Assembly (NCBI GenBank): GCA_964384425.1
Contig: CAYLKE010000002.1
Location: forward strand, 10,365 to 74,364
Direction: 5' to 3'
From: an uncultured Methanosarcinales archaeon
GTDB taxonomy: Archaea; Nanobdellota; Nanobdellia; Woesearchaeales; JAGLXL01
Length of the DNA stretch: 64,000 nucleotides
In this document: one piece after another, positions 55,038 to 64,000 of the stretch
Numbering within the stretch: position 1 is the stretch's first letter
Layout: the number at the start of each line of letters is the position of its first letter
The notes under the pieces: model-generated
Databases searched by the model: none
The model's input: only the letters and a program-made list of their open reading frames with translations
Told to the model about the DNA's origin: nothing
Position numbers and translations under genes: made by a program

Positions 55038-56000
55038 TTAGTTCTTACCGCACAGGGTCACAAACGCGATTAAAGATTCTAGCTGAATAAATTCATCACT
55101 TCCTTCGACGAGATGAAACTCTGTCTCACCGCATTTCTCAATAATTTTTATCTTATCTGTATCTTTTATACTTGTATTCCACATCTCACCCTGTAATTGC
55201 TTTATAATATCTAATCCAGCTAATCCATTGTTTAACATAGTCTTTAATAATAATTCTTTTGATTTAACAAATTCTCCTTGATAAGCAAGTTCTAAAATTT
55301 TCCTTATGTCTTCTGGTTGTGCCATTGAAGCAGTCATAATAACCTTATCAGAAGTTATATCTTTTCCAAGTGATGCAGCAGATTGTAATGTATTTTCAAG
55401 TTTTCTGCAATCTCCTTTACTTACTTTGTATAGTAATTCTCTTGATTCATCATCAATATTTAAGCCTTCTCTCTCGCATATTTGGTCGATTATATTATTT
55501 ACAGCTTCTTTTGAAAGAGGTTTGAATCTAAAAATTGCACATCTTGATTGAATAGGATCAATTATTTTTGAAGAATAATTACAGCTTAATATGAAACGAC
55601 ATGTACTAGTATAGTTTTCCATAGTTCTTCTTAATGCTTGTTGAGCTTCTTTTGTTAAAGCATCACTTTCATCAAGATAGATTATCTTAAATGGAACATC
55701 TCCTAATGCACGAGTTCTTGCAAAATCCTTTACTTTAACTCTTACAACATCTATTCCTCTTTCATCTGATGCATTAAGTTCTAAAAAATTATCTTTCCAA
55801 CTGTCTCCAAATATTTTTTTTACAATAACTAGAGAAAGAGATGTTTTTCCAACACCTGCAGGACCAGAAAATAAAAGATGAGGTAGATTTCCATTTTCAA
55901 CTAGACTGCTTATTCTAGCTACAATCTGTTCTTGACCTTTTATGTCTTCAAAAGACTGTGGTCTATACTTCTCAGTCCATATAATATGTGAATCTACCAT
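55038..56000 (-). CDS. rfcS: Replication factor C small subunit
   Basis: It has WTEKYRPQSFEDIKGQ, Walker A GPAGVGKT, Walker B YLDESDALT and an SRC motif (IQSRCAIFRF). It carries no intein. Confidence 0.92.
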   Translation of the reverse strand: MVDSHIIWTEKYRPQSFEDIKGQEQIVARISSLVENGNLPHLLFSGPAGVGKTSLSLVIVKKIFGDSWKDNFLELNASDERGIDVVRVKVKDFARTRALGDVPFKIIYLDESDALTKEAQQALRRTMENYTSTCRFILSCNYSSKIIDPIQSRCAIFRFKPLSKEAVNNIIDQICEREGLNIDDESRELLYKVSKGDCRKLENTLQSAASLGKDITSDKVIMTASMAQPEDIRKILELAYQGEFVKSKELLLKTMLNNGLAGLDIIKQLQGEMWNTSIKDTDKIKIIEKCGETEFHLVEGSDEFIQLESLIAFVTLCGKN

Positions 56001-56023
56001 TTTCTATTAATTATAGAAGATAA

Positions 56024-56284
56024 TTAAACAATGTCTTCTTCTGAAACTACTAAAAAATCACCCATTGCAATTACAGCAGATGAAGGAACTAATATATTTC
56101 CATTTTCATCTTTCTCAAGTTCTAATTTTTGAACATAATCTGTAGGGTTTTTTATCTGTAGATGAATTAATTCTCCAGAATTAACTTCAAATGTGATATC
56201 TCCAATTTCACCAAATCTTTTACCTGTTTTACTTACAACTGTTTTTCCAATCATATCTCTTGAATATTTTTTATCTTCTGCCAT
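56024..56284 (-). CDS. PRC-barrel domain protein
   Basis: The pattern GKTVVSKTGKRFGEIGDITFEVNSGELIHL...VPSSAVIAMGDFLVV is typical of small archaeal PRC-barrel proteins. Confidence 0.6.
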   Translation of the reverse strand: MAEDKKYSRDMIGKTVVSKTGKRFGEIGDITFEVNSGELIHLQIKNPTDYVQKLELEKDENGNILVPSSAVIAMGDFLVVSEEDIV

Positions 56285-56398
56285 TTTTTCAAACTCACCT
56301 CATCTTTAAATATAATATATTTTTATTATTTTTGTAATATTTAAATTATTTGATGTATTTATATATTTTGTTATTGTTGAATAATTCATAATAAGTTA

Positions 56399-57181
56399 TT
56401 AGGTATTATAAATGTAATTTTTAATAAAATTTGCCAACACAGACATTATCCCTTTAAGATTATTCTTTTTTTCTTCAAATAAATAACTATATGCTTCTTT
56501 TAATTTGGACACATCTATTAATTTTAATCCCATACCTATTTCTTTATTTGAAATATGATTCATTGTATCATCGCACAATTTTAAAAAATTTAATTCTAAT
56601 TTATAAATATTAAAAAGATCTTTTTTAGAAGAATGATTCTTTTTTAAATTATTTATTGATTCAATAAAATCATTTAATTGATTTATTGTTTTTTCAATAA
56701 ATGCTTCCTCTTTTTCAAAGAAAGCTAAAAATCCAGGATAATCTTGTTCTATAAAGTTCTGAAAATTAATATTATTTATTTTTTGAGCAGAGATCATATA
56801 ATCCACCCCAATATTAAAATTTTCAGCCATTTCTATTGCAGATTTTATCTTATTGAAAAATAATTTGTTTAGATCAAGATATACTTTATATGTATTTAAA
56901 TGAGTTGAGATATTACTTTTTATATTTTCATTTTTCTGTTCTACAAGCAATTGTAAATTTTTAGAAAATTTAGAAAAATCTTTATCTTTAAATGGTTTAA
57001 TTATAGTTCTTGCCCATTTCTTGAATATTTCATTTGCTAAAGCTTCAAAAATATTTTGATTGTGATTTTTTAAAATATCAATTTTATTTAAATCATCTTT
57101 TTTATTTTTTGTAGAAAGCAAAGTATAGAGATTTGCATAAACTTTTTCTACTTGATTTTTTGTTTTTGTTAATACTGCCAT
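56399..57181 (-). CDS. Hypothetical helical protein
   Basis: This is a 260-aa ORF with no recognisable motif. Confidence 0.45.
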   Translation of the reverse strand: MAVLTKTKNQVEKVYANLYTLLSTKNKKDDLNKIDILKNHNQNIFEALANEIFKKWARTIIKPFKDKDFSKFSKNLQLLVEQKNENIKSNISTHLNTYKVYLDLNKLFFNKIKSAIEMAENFNIGVDYMISAQKINNINFQNFIEQDYPGFLAFFEKEEAFIEKTINQLNDFIESINNLKKNHSSKKDLFNIYKLELNFLKLCDDTMNHISNKEIGMGLKLIDVSKLKEAYSYLFEEKKNNLKGIMSVLANFIKNYIYNT

Positions 57182-57247
57182 ATATAATTACCTTTTTTTA
57201 TAAAATAAAAAAAATAAAAATTTTAACTTAAAAAAAAGAAAATTTAA

Positions 57248-60200
57248 TTATCCAAAATAATTTGGTGCAGGTTCTGGATTCATTTCTTCAGAATTAGAAC
57301 GTTTTATTTTAGATTTTATTTTTTTGTAGTTATCTTCTGCTTTTTTTGTTACAGAACCTTTTACAATCTTAAGTGCTTCTTTAAAATCAGACATAGCCAC
57401 TTTTTTCTTTTTTCCTTTTCTAATAACATTCATAGCAGCTTCCCTACACACAGACTCAATATCTGCCCCCACATAACCTTCTGTCTCATCTGCTAATTTT
57501 CCAAGATTAACATTACTTTCTAAAGGAATTCCTCTTGTGTGAACTTCAAATATCTTTTCTCTAGTTTTCTTGTCTGGAACCCCACATAATATAACTCTAT
57601 CAAATCTTCCTGGACGTAGTAAAGCAGGATCAACAATATCTGGACGATTTGTTGCTGCTATAACAACCAATCCTTTTGTTTCTTCTAATCCATCCATTTC
57701 AGTAAGAAGCTGATTAACAACCCTTTCAGTAACATTATTTTCTTGTCCTCTTCCTCTTCTAGGAGCTATTGCATCTATTTCATCAAAAAATATAACTGTT
57801 GGGGACGATTGACGAGCTTTTCTAAAAACTTCTCTTATTGCTTTTTCACTCTCACCTACCCATTTACTTAGTAAGCTAGGACCATTGATTAATATGAAAT
57901 TTGCTTCAGTTTGATTAGCAACAGCTTTTGCAAGCAATGTTTTTCCAGTACCTGGAGGACCAAAAAGCAAAACACCTTTTGGAGGTTGAATTCCAAATTC
58001 TTTGAATTTTTTTGGTCTGTTCAATGGCCATTCAACTGATTCTTCTAATTGTTCTTTTACATCATCTAATCCACCAATATTTTTCCAAGTAACATTTGGA
58101 ATCTCAACAAGAACTTCTCTCATTGCACTAGGACGTACAACTTTTAATGCTTCCATAAAATCTTCATGATTTACTTTTAATTTATCCAAAATTTCAGGAG
58201 GAATTGGATTATCTTCATTTAAATTAAGATCAGGCATTACTCTCCTTAATACAACCATTGCTGATTCTTTTGCAAGTGCTGATAAATCTGCTCCCACAAA
58301 TCCATGTGTTATTCTTGCAAGTTTTTTTAATTTAACACTTTTATCTAAAGGCATATTCCTAGTATGTACTTTCAAGACCTCTAATCTTCCTTCTTGATTT
58401 GGAGGACCTATCTCAATCTCTCTGTCAAATCTTCCAGGTCTTCTAAGAGCTGGATCAAGTGAATTAGGAATATTTGAAGCTGCTATAACAATTGTTTTAC
58501 CTCTACTTTTTAATCCATCCATCAAACTTAACAATTGTGCAACAACTCTCTTTTCAACTTCTCCTTTTGTTTCTTCTCTTTTTGTTGCAATAGCATCTAT
58601 TTCATCAATAAAAATTATACTTGGAGAATTCTTCTCAGCTTCTTCAAATTTCTTTCTTAGATTATTTTCACTTTCTCCATAAAACTTACTATTATGTAAA
58701 ACGAAATAAGGAGCTACTATGAAACTATCATCATTAACAGTAAAATCATATAACTCAATTTTACCTTTTTTGTTTATCTTCTCTACTTTTTCCCAAGAGA
58801 TATCATCTCTCATTAACAGATTAAATTCATCATTTATTGATTTATCAAGAATTCTATTCTTCTTTGCTATATCATATAATACTTTTAATGAATGTTTTGT
58901 TGCATTGCCTGTTTTATAAACATAATAATCTTTGTTTCTATATTTTTTGTAAGGCAAAGTTCTTATTTTTTTAATTATATTTAAGGGATGAGGAATGTTT
59001 TCATGTTCTTTGATTCTTTTTACTTTATTTATTTCGTTTAATCTTTTTAATTTCTCTCCACTTTTAGGTTTTATGTTAAGAAATTTTTTTCTACCATCAA
59101 AACCCCTGATTATTAATTTATGCATTAATCCTTTTTTAGTCTTATGTTTTTTGAGATGGGTTTTTATTTTTAATTTTAGACTTAAAAGAGATTGTAATTG
59201 ATAAAGAAATTTTTCATCTTTTGCATAAATGATAGGAGTAGGATATTCTAGATTATTAATTTTTAATTTAGCTACACTTCCATCACCATCAAAATAACCT
59301 CTGACAAATGATTTAATTTCTTCTTTAGGTAAATTAATAAAATAAGGAGGAATAATAACTTTTGAATTAGCTGTAAATCCTAATTCTTTAATTATTTCAA
59401 CTATTAATTTAGAATAAACAATAACACCTAAGTTTTTGCCATTATTTTTTTCTTTAAAGTCAGTTATTCCAAAAACTTTTTTTATTAAATCTTTAAATCT
59501 TTTTATAAGAACTGCATCTTGATTGTAAAATCCTATTGAATCGCCTTTTTTTGATATATTTCCATCAGAAACAATTAAACCTAGAATTTCTAATAAATCA
59601 GGATTTGTTTTTTTAGGTATTTTAATAAAATTACTTCTTGAAAGATTTTTGCTTTTCAATGCATACATCTCATTCTTTTTTACTAAATTCTTAATTAATG
59701 GGATTTTGTAACTTTTTTCAGGAAGACTAATAGAATTTATTTTAAGTACATATTCTCCTGGAAGAATATTTTTTAGTGGTTCCCAAGTTAATCCGTTATT
59801 TCTATAAACTAAAAAAGGTTGATTTTCAGATGTTGTTAATTTACTTCCATCTTTAAACTCAATCTCATACCCTTCTGCTTTTAATTTTGTTACATGAGTT
59901 ATTTTTGATGAAACACATTTTTCTTTAAATGCATAATTACTAATTGGTTTTTTAAGTGTTTTAACAGAGTATCCATTAATATTTTCTATACTGCCCCCTC
60001 TTTCATACAATTTTTTAGCATTAATAAATCCTTTTTTTGTTAAAATAGGTGTATCTCCAGTAACACACATAATTTCTGGACCATTAATTAATATAAAATG
60101 TGAATTTGTCTCAGAAGCAACTGCCTTTGCAAGTAATGTCTTTCCAGTACCTGGAGGACCATGTAAAAGAACTCCTTTTGGAGGTTCTATTCCTAATCTT

Positions 60201-60907
60201 TCAAATAATTCAGGATGTTTTAGTGGGAGTTCGACCATTTCCCTAATCTTTGAAATCTCATCCTTTAATCCACCAATATCTTCATAACTTATCATAAATT
60301 CTGTTTCTGAATCTTTAACTTCAACTGCTTCTGGATTAAGTTCAATCTCTGTTTCAGATGTTATTATTAAAGGTGTTTTTGAAGGACTTGAACTTACAAT
60401 ATTGAATAATATATCACTAAATCCAAAACTACCCATACTCCCATTAAGACGTGTGAGAAATTCTTCCATTGGAGAACCTGGTTGAGCATGAAGTGTTCTT
60501 CTTCTTCCACTCAGAGATATAAAATCTCCTTTCATGATTGGTCTTCCTAAAAATCCTCTTTTGAATACATTTGGTGAAGCACGAATATGAATTCCTTTTT
60601 TAGCAGGAGCTATTGTAATTTTTTTAGCAGGTTTTACTTCTGTTTTTGTTAGTTGAACAAATTCTCCTAAAGTTACTTTTGCATTTCTTCTAGTAATACC
60701 ATCCATTCGGATAATATTTAATCCTAAATCTCCAGGATATGCTTTTTGAACTATTGCTAATGTTGTTCTATTTCCTATTATTTCAACAACATCTCCTTCT
60801 AAAACACCTATTTGAGCCATGAAACTTGAATCTATTCTTATTATGCCTTTGTTAACGTCTTCATTAACTGCACCAGCAACTTTTAGTTTGATATTTTTAT
60901 TTTCCAT
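57248..60907 (-). CDS. cdc48: CDC48/VAT-type AAA+ ATPase (two AAA modules) interrupted by an intein
   Basis: It has a CDC48 N-domain and D1 Walker [10 protein letters not shown]1 Walker B (FIDEIDA) lies after the insertion. D2 has GPPGTGKT and FFDEIDA. The extein length is 760 aa after removing 459 aa. Confidence 0.95.
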   Translation of the reverse strand: MENKNIKLKVAGAVNEDVNKGIIRIDSSFMAQIGVLEGDVVEIIGNRTTLAIVQKAYPGDLGLNIIRMDGITRRNAKVTLGEFVQLTKTEVKPAKKITIAPAKKGIHIRASPNVFKRGFLGRPIMKGDFISLSGRRRTLHAQPGSPMEEFLTRLNGSMGSFGFSDILFNIVSSSPSKTPLIITSETEIELNPEAVEVKDSETEFMISYEDIGGLKDEISKIREMVELPLKHPELFERLGIEPPKGVLLHGPPGTGKTLLAKAVASETNSHFILINGPEIMCVTGDTPILTKKGFINAKKLYERGGSIENINGYSVKTLKKPISNYAFKEKCVSSKITHVTKLKAEGYEIEFKDGSKLTTSENQPFLVYRNNGLTWEPLKNILPGEYVLKINSISLPEKSYKIPLIKNLVKKNEMYALKSKNLSRSNFIKIPKKTNPDLLEILGLIVSDGNISKKGDSIGFYNQDAVLIKRFKDLIKKVFGITDFKEKNNGKNLGVIVYSKLIVEIIKELGFTANSKVIIPPYFINLPKEEIKSFVRGYFDGDGSVAKLKINNLEYPTPIIYAKDEKFLYQLQSLLSLKLKIKTHLKKHKTKKGLMHKLIIRGFDGRKKFLNIKPKSGEKLKRLNEINKVKRIKEHENIPHPLNIIKKIRTLPYKKYRNKDYYVYKTGNATKHSLKVLYDIAKKNRILDKSINDEFNLLMRDDISWEKVEKINKKGKIELYDFTVNDDSFIVAPYFVLHNSKFYGESENNLRKKFEEAEKNSPSIIFIDEIDAIATKREETKGEVEKRVVAQLLSLMDGLKSRGKTIVIAASNIPNSLDPALRRPGRFDREIEIGPPNQEGRLEVLKVHTRNMPLDKSVKLKKLARITHGFVGADLSALAKESAMVVLRRVMPDLNLNEDNPIPPEILDKLKVNHEDFMEALKVVRPSAMREVLVEIPNVTWKNIGGLDDVKEQLEESVEWPLNRPKKFKEFGIQPPKGVLLFGPPGTGKTLLAKAVANQTEANFILINGPSLLSKWVGESEKAIREVFRKARQSSPTVIFFDEIDAIAPRRGRGQENNVTERVVNQLLTEMDGLEETKGLVVIAATNRPDIVDPALLRPGRFDRVILCGVPDKKTREKIFEVHTRGIPLESNVNLGKLADETEGYVGADIESVCREAAMNVIRKGKKKKVAMSDFKEALKIVKGSVTKKAEDNYKKIKSKIKRSNSEEMNPEPAPNYFG
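58691..60067 (-). mobile_element. Intein (459 aa) with LAGLIDADG homing-endonuclease domain, inserted in the [13 protein letters not shown] motif of CDC48 D1
   Basis: It starts at Cys (CVTGDTPIL; codon 60065-60067) and ends at VLHN (Asn codon 58691-58693) with +1 Ser. The LAGLIDADG blocks are [13 protein letters not shown] and [11 protein letters not shown]. The flanks reconstitute the conserved [13 protein letters not shown]. Confidence 0.9.
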
Positions 60908-60978
60908 AAAGAAATTTCAGAATTAGCTGTATTTAAAGTTTGTTGTTTTTGTTAAATTAGTATATAAATATAATAAAA

Positions 60979-61404
60979 TTATAAAACAAATTCTTCTCTC
61001 TTAATTTCATCAACAACAAAGTTTTCTTGATTTATTTTTGCATTTTTTTTATTAAGATCTTCTTTAAAATCAGACATTTCAGCCATATCTTTAAAAATAC
61101 ATTCAACATAAAAATCTGAATCATTCATAAGAGATTGTAATGTATTTACATGTTTATTAGACATAAGATATTTCTTAAGTTCTTTTTTATTATCTGAACT
61201 TAATACAAAATGAGTTTTTATTGAATAACCTATTTTTGAAAAATCCAATAAACTTGTATGTTTAGCTATAATCTCTTCTTCAAGTTTTCTTAATACAGTA
61301 AATAATGTTGAAACAGGAATTTCAGTTTCTTTGCTTATATCTGTTAAAGATTTTCTTCCATCTTCTCTTAAATGTTTAATCAAACATAATTCTTTTTCTT
61401 TCAT
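60979..61404 (-). CDS. Lrp/AsnC-family transcriptional regulator
   Basis: It has the N-terminal HTH LIKHLREDGRKSLTDISKETEIPVSTLFTVLRKLEEE and a C-terminal RAM-like domain. Confidence 0.7.
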   Translation of the reverse strand: MKEKELCLIKHLREDGRKSLTDISKETEIPVSTLFTVLRKLEEEIIAKHTSLLDFSKIGYSIKTHFVLSSDNKKELKKYLMSNKHVNTLQSLMNDSDFYVECIFKDMAEMSDFKEDLNKKNAKINQENFVVDEIKREEFVL

Positions 61405-61665
61405 CTTTTTTCCTCCAATTTTTATGTTTTTTAAGTATCCTGTTATTTATTTTGATTTTATTCTTTATATGTGTTTACAACAAATATTTGAAATTATTTT
61501 GGATTCAGTAAAAATTGTTCCAAAAAGAATATTTGTTTTGATTATTAATTTTTAGACACAATTGTATTTGTTATATTGTTTATTTATAAGTACTATGCAA
61601 TATGTTTCGGAATGTTTCCGGATAAGCGTATAAAGATTTATATATTAATAAAATAGAATAAATTT

Positions 61666-62472
61666 ATGATATTTAAAATACTTGGATCAGGAGGAGCAAT
61701 GTCCTTACCTCGCCCATTATGTGAATGTGAACTATGTAAAAGAGCAAGAAAGGATAACTCATTAAAAAGAAACAGTAGTTGTGCGTATATCCCAGAAATA
61801 AAAACATTAATTGATTGTCCAGAAGATATTGCTGATTCATTAAATAGGCATAATGTTACAAAAGTAAATAATCTTCTTATAACTCATTGGCATCCAGATC
61901 ACACATTTGGACTTCGGCTATTGTTAGAAGCAAATTATGATTTTGTAAATAATAAAGCAGAAAAACAAATTAATATTTATATTGGTAAAAAAGTTTATGA
62001 AACTTTAAAGCAAAGATATCCTGCATTAGATTATCAAGTGAATGTTTTAAAACTAGCAAAGATAAATATTATTGAGGATGGAGATATTCTTGAATTTGGA
62101 GATGCTAAAATTAAAGTTGCGGGTTATACAGGAAAAGAATCTGAATGGTATGGATATTTATTTGAAAATAATGGAAAGAAATTACTTTACACACCTTGTG
62201 ATACAATAAATTTTAAGGAATATTCAAAATACACAGAATTGGATTATTGGGTTACAGAAACAGGAATAATTTCTGACACAGTTGAAAACGAGATATATTT
62301 TCCTGATATGATAAAAAGAATAAAAGAAATACAACCTAAAAAAACAATTCTTACTCATATTGAAGAACTTGAATTAAAGCTTCATGGAGAAGATGCACTT
62401 GAAAAGAGAAAAAAAGAATATCAAGATATTAATATCAATATTGCATATGATGGCATGGAAATAGAATTATAA
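61666..62472 (+). CDS. MBL-fold metallo-hydrolase, PhnP/PqqB-like
   Basis: It has HWHPDH (HxHxDH) plus an N-terminal CECELCKRAR Cys cluster that resembles, from memory, the CECAACARAR of E. coli PhnP. Confidence 0.55.
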   Translation: MIFKILGSGGAMSLPRPLCECELCKRARKDNSLKRNSSCAYIPEIKTLIDCPEDIADSLNRHNVTKVNNLLITHWHPDHTFGLRLLLEANYDFVNNKAEKQINIYIGKKVYETLKQRYPALDYQVNVLKLAKINIIEDGDILEFGDAKIKVAGYTGKESEWYGYLFENNGKKLLYTPCDTINFKEYSKYTELDYWVTETGIISDTVENEIYFPDMIKRIKEIQPKKTILTHIEELELKLHGEDALEKRKKEYQDININIAYDGMEIEL

Positions 62473-62535
62473 TTTTTCTTCTTGTGTTTTATATTTTCAA
62501 AAATATTATAAATAGCATATAATTATATAATAAAC

Positions 62536-63996
62536 ATGGAAAAAGAAGACATAATTACATTTTGTACTAGAAAAGGATTCATATACAGATCATGTGACCT
62601 TTATGGTGGATTGAGTGGGTTTTATACATATGGGCATATGGGAACACTTTTAAAAAGAAATTTTGAGAATTTGTGGAGAGAATACTTTCTAAAATTAGAT
62701 GATAATTATTATGAAATAACTTCTCCAGTTATTATGCATGAAAATGTTTTTAATGCATCTGGACATCTTGAGAATTTTAATGATCTTATAATAAAATGTA
62801 AAGACTGCAATTGGTATGAAAGAGCAGACCATTTTATAGAACAACAAACAGAGAAGATTGTTGAAGACCTTCCAAAAAAAGATATTGAAAAAGTTTTAAA
62901 AGAAAATAAATTAAAATGTCCAAAATGTAAGAAAGATAATTTTGAAATATTTCCGTGGATGTTAATGTTTAAATCTGAAACTGGAGTAATAAATAAACAA
63001 GATGTTTACTTGCGTCCAGAAACTGCACAAAGTGCATTTATCAATTTCAAACGGCAATATGAATTACAGAGAAAAAAACTACCTTTAGGATTAAGTATAA
63101 TAGGAAAAGCATTTAGAAATGAGATATCTCCAAGAAATTTTGTACTACGTCAGAGAGAATTTACACAAGCAGAATTACAAATATTCTTTAATCCAAATAA
63201 TTTTGAGTTTGATTTAGATAATTGCAAAGGAACTATACCTGTTATGTTTGCAGACGAGAGAAACAAAGGAAATTTTAAAGAAGTTGATAAAATAATATTA
63301 CAAGAAAAAGGTTATACTAGTTTCTACATCCACCATATGTTTAAGATAACCGAATTCTATAAGAACATATTGAATATACCAAAAGAAAAAATAAGATTCT
63401 ATGAAAAAGCAGGAAAAGAAAAAGCATTTTATAATAAATTTCATATGGATATTGAAATAAATTTTAAAGAATATGGGTGGATTGAGGTTGCTGGACTTCA
63501 TTATAGAACAGATCATGATCTTGCAGGACATCAAAAGGTATCTAGTAAAAACATGGAAGTTGATGATGGTAATGGAAATAAATTTATACCTCATGTATTA
63601 GAATTAAGTTTTGGAGTAGATAGAAATGTTTTTATGTTATTGGATGTATTTAGGGAATGGGATGAAGAAAGAAAGAATTTTGTTCTTAAATTACCTAAAA
63701 AATTATCACCCAGATATGTTTCTGTTCTTCCATTAGTTAAGAATAAAGAAAATATAACTAATTTTGCAAGAGATGTTTATGATAAAGTAAAATGTTTTAA
63801 TTCATTTTATGATGAAAGTGGAAGTGTTGGAAGAAGATATTCAAGAAATGATGAGATTGGGACACCTTTCTGTGTGACGATTGATTTTGATGGATTGGAA
63901 GATGATACTGTAACAGTTCGTTCAAGAGATACAAAAGAACAAGAAAGAATAAAAGTAAATGATTTGGTTGGTTGGTTGTATTCTAAATGGAATTAA
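62536..63996 (+). CDS. glyS: Glycyl-tRNA synthetase (archaeal/eukaryal alpha2 type)
   Basis: It has the N-terminal RKGFIYRSCDLYGGLSGFYTYGHMG, class II motifs (FRNEISPR, GVDR) and a C-terminal anticodon-binding domain. Confidence 0.92.
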   Translation: MEKEDIITFCTRKGFIYRSCDLYGGLSGFYTYGHMGTLLKRNFENLWREYFLKLDDNYYEITSPVIMHENVFNASGHLENFNDLIIKCKDCNWYERADHFIEQQTEKIVEDLPKKDIEKVLKENKLKCPKCKKDNFEIFPWMLMFKSETGVINKQDVYLRPETAQSAFINFKRQYELQRKKLPLGLSIIGKAFRNEISPRNFVLRQREFTQAELQIFFNPNNFEFDLDNCKGTIPVMFADERNKGNFKEVDKIILQEKGYTSFYIHHMFKITEFYKNILNIPKEKIRFYEKAGKEKAFYNKFHMDIEINFKEYGWIEVAGLHYRTDHDLAGHQKVSSKNMEVDDGNGNKFIPHVLELSFGVDRNVFMLLDVFREWDEERKNFVLKLPKKLSPRYVSVLPLVKNKENITNFARDVYDKVKCFNSFYDESGSVGRRYSRNDEIGTPFCVTIDFDGLEDDTVTVRSRDTKEQERIKVNDLVGWLYSKWN

Positions 63997-64000
63997 TTTT

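Noticed and set aside
1-64000. rRNA genes, CRISPR arrays, cas genes, transposases/integrases, prophage blocks and stop-codon reassignment
   Set aside because: No GC-rich RNA-like segment was seen other than the tRNA-Val locus, and no spaced direct-repeat arrays were found. No recombinase motifs were recognised. All conserved proteins read through without in-frame stops.

Overview
This window is a visibly AT-rich (GC content not computed), densely coded archaeal segment. The archaeal assignment rests on RFC large and small subunits, a CDC48/VAT ATPase, eL21, Rpo4/RpoF, uL11, archaeal-type RNase J, an e-MtaB-type methylthiotransferase, a eukaryal/archaeal-type GlyRS, and TrmB and Lrp regulators. 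Small genes, many lineage-specific orphans and several bacterial-looking genes suggest a DPANN-like episymbiont genome; that is an inference.

The left third (about 1-22 kb) is a cell-envelope glycoconjugate island containing three separable modules:
- a CDP-alcohol phosphatidyltransferase / GT4 / PIG-L::GT4 operon, which follows GPI or GlcN-inositol-lipid logic;
- a six-gene operon for phosphonate synthesis, including PEP mutase with the EDKX5NS motif fused to a cytidylyltransferase, phosphonopyruvate decarboxylase, an Fe-ADH, a methyltransferase and an alkaline-phosphatase-superfamily transferase;
- a module resembling the decaprenyl-phospho-arabinose pathway, made of a UbiA phosphoribosyltransferase, PAP2, an FAD enzyme, two SDRs and a GT-C-like membrane protein.

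The rest of the window is mostly housekeeping. Notable items there:
- a tRNA-Val(UAC) with a 31-nt non-canonical intron in the T-loop, flanked by a textbook bulge-helix-bulge motif;
- a 459-aa LAGLIDADG intein in the D1 module of CDC48;
- a LeuRS with a bacterial-type core and an archaeal-looking C-terminal domain;
- a co-directional UvrD/HRDC helicase, B12-radical-SAM and HerA-like NTPase trio;
- a kinase / acidic-repeat / dCMP-deaminase fusion;
- a GPAT-like acyltransferase.

I found no rRNA, CRISPR array, transposase or integrase. No in-frame stop codons suggest recoding. All product calls come from motif recognition by eye and none was checked against a database.
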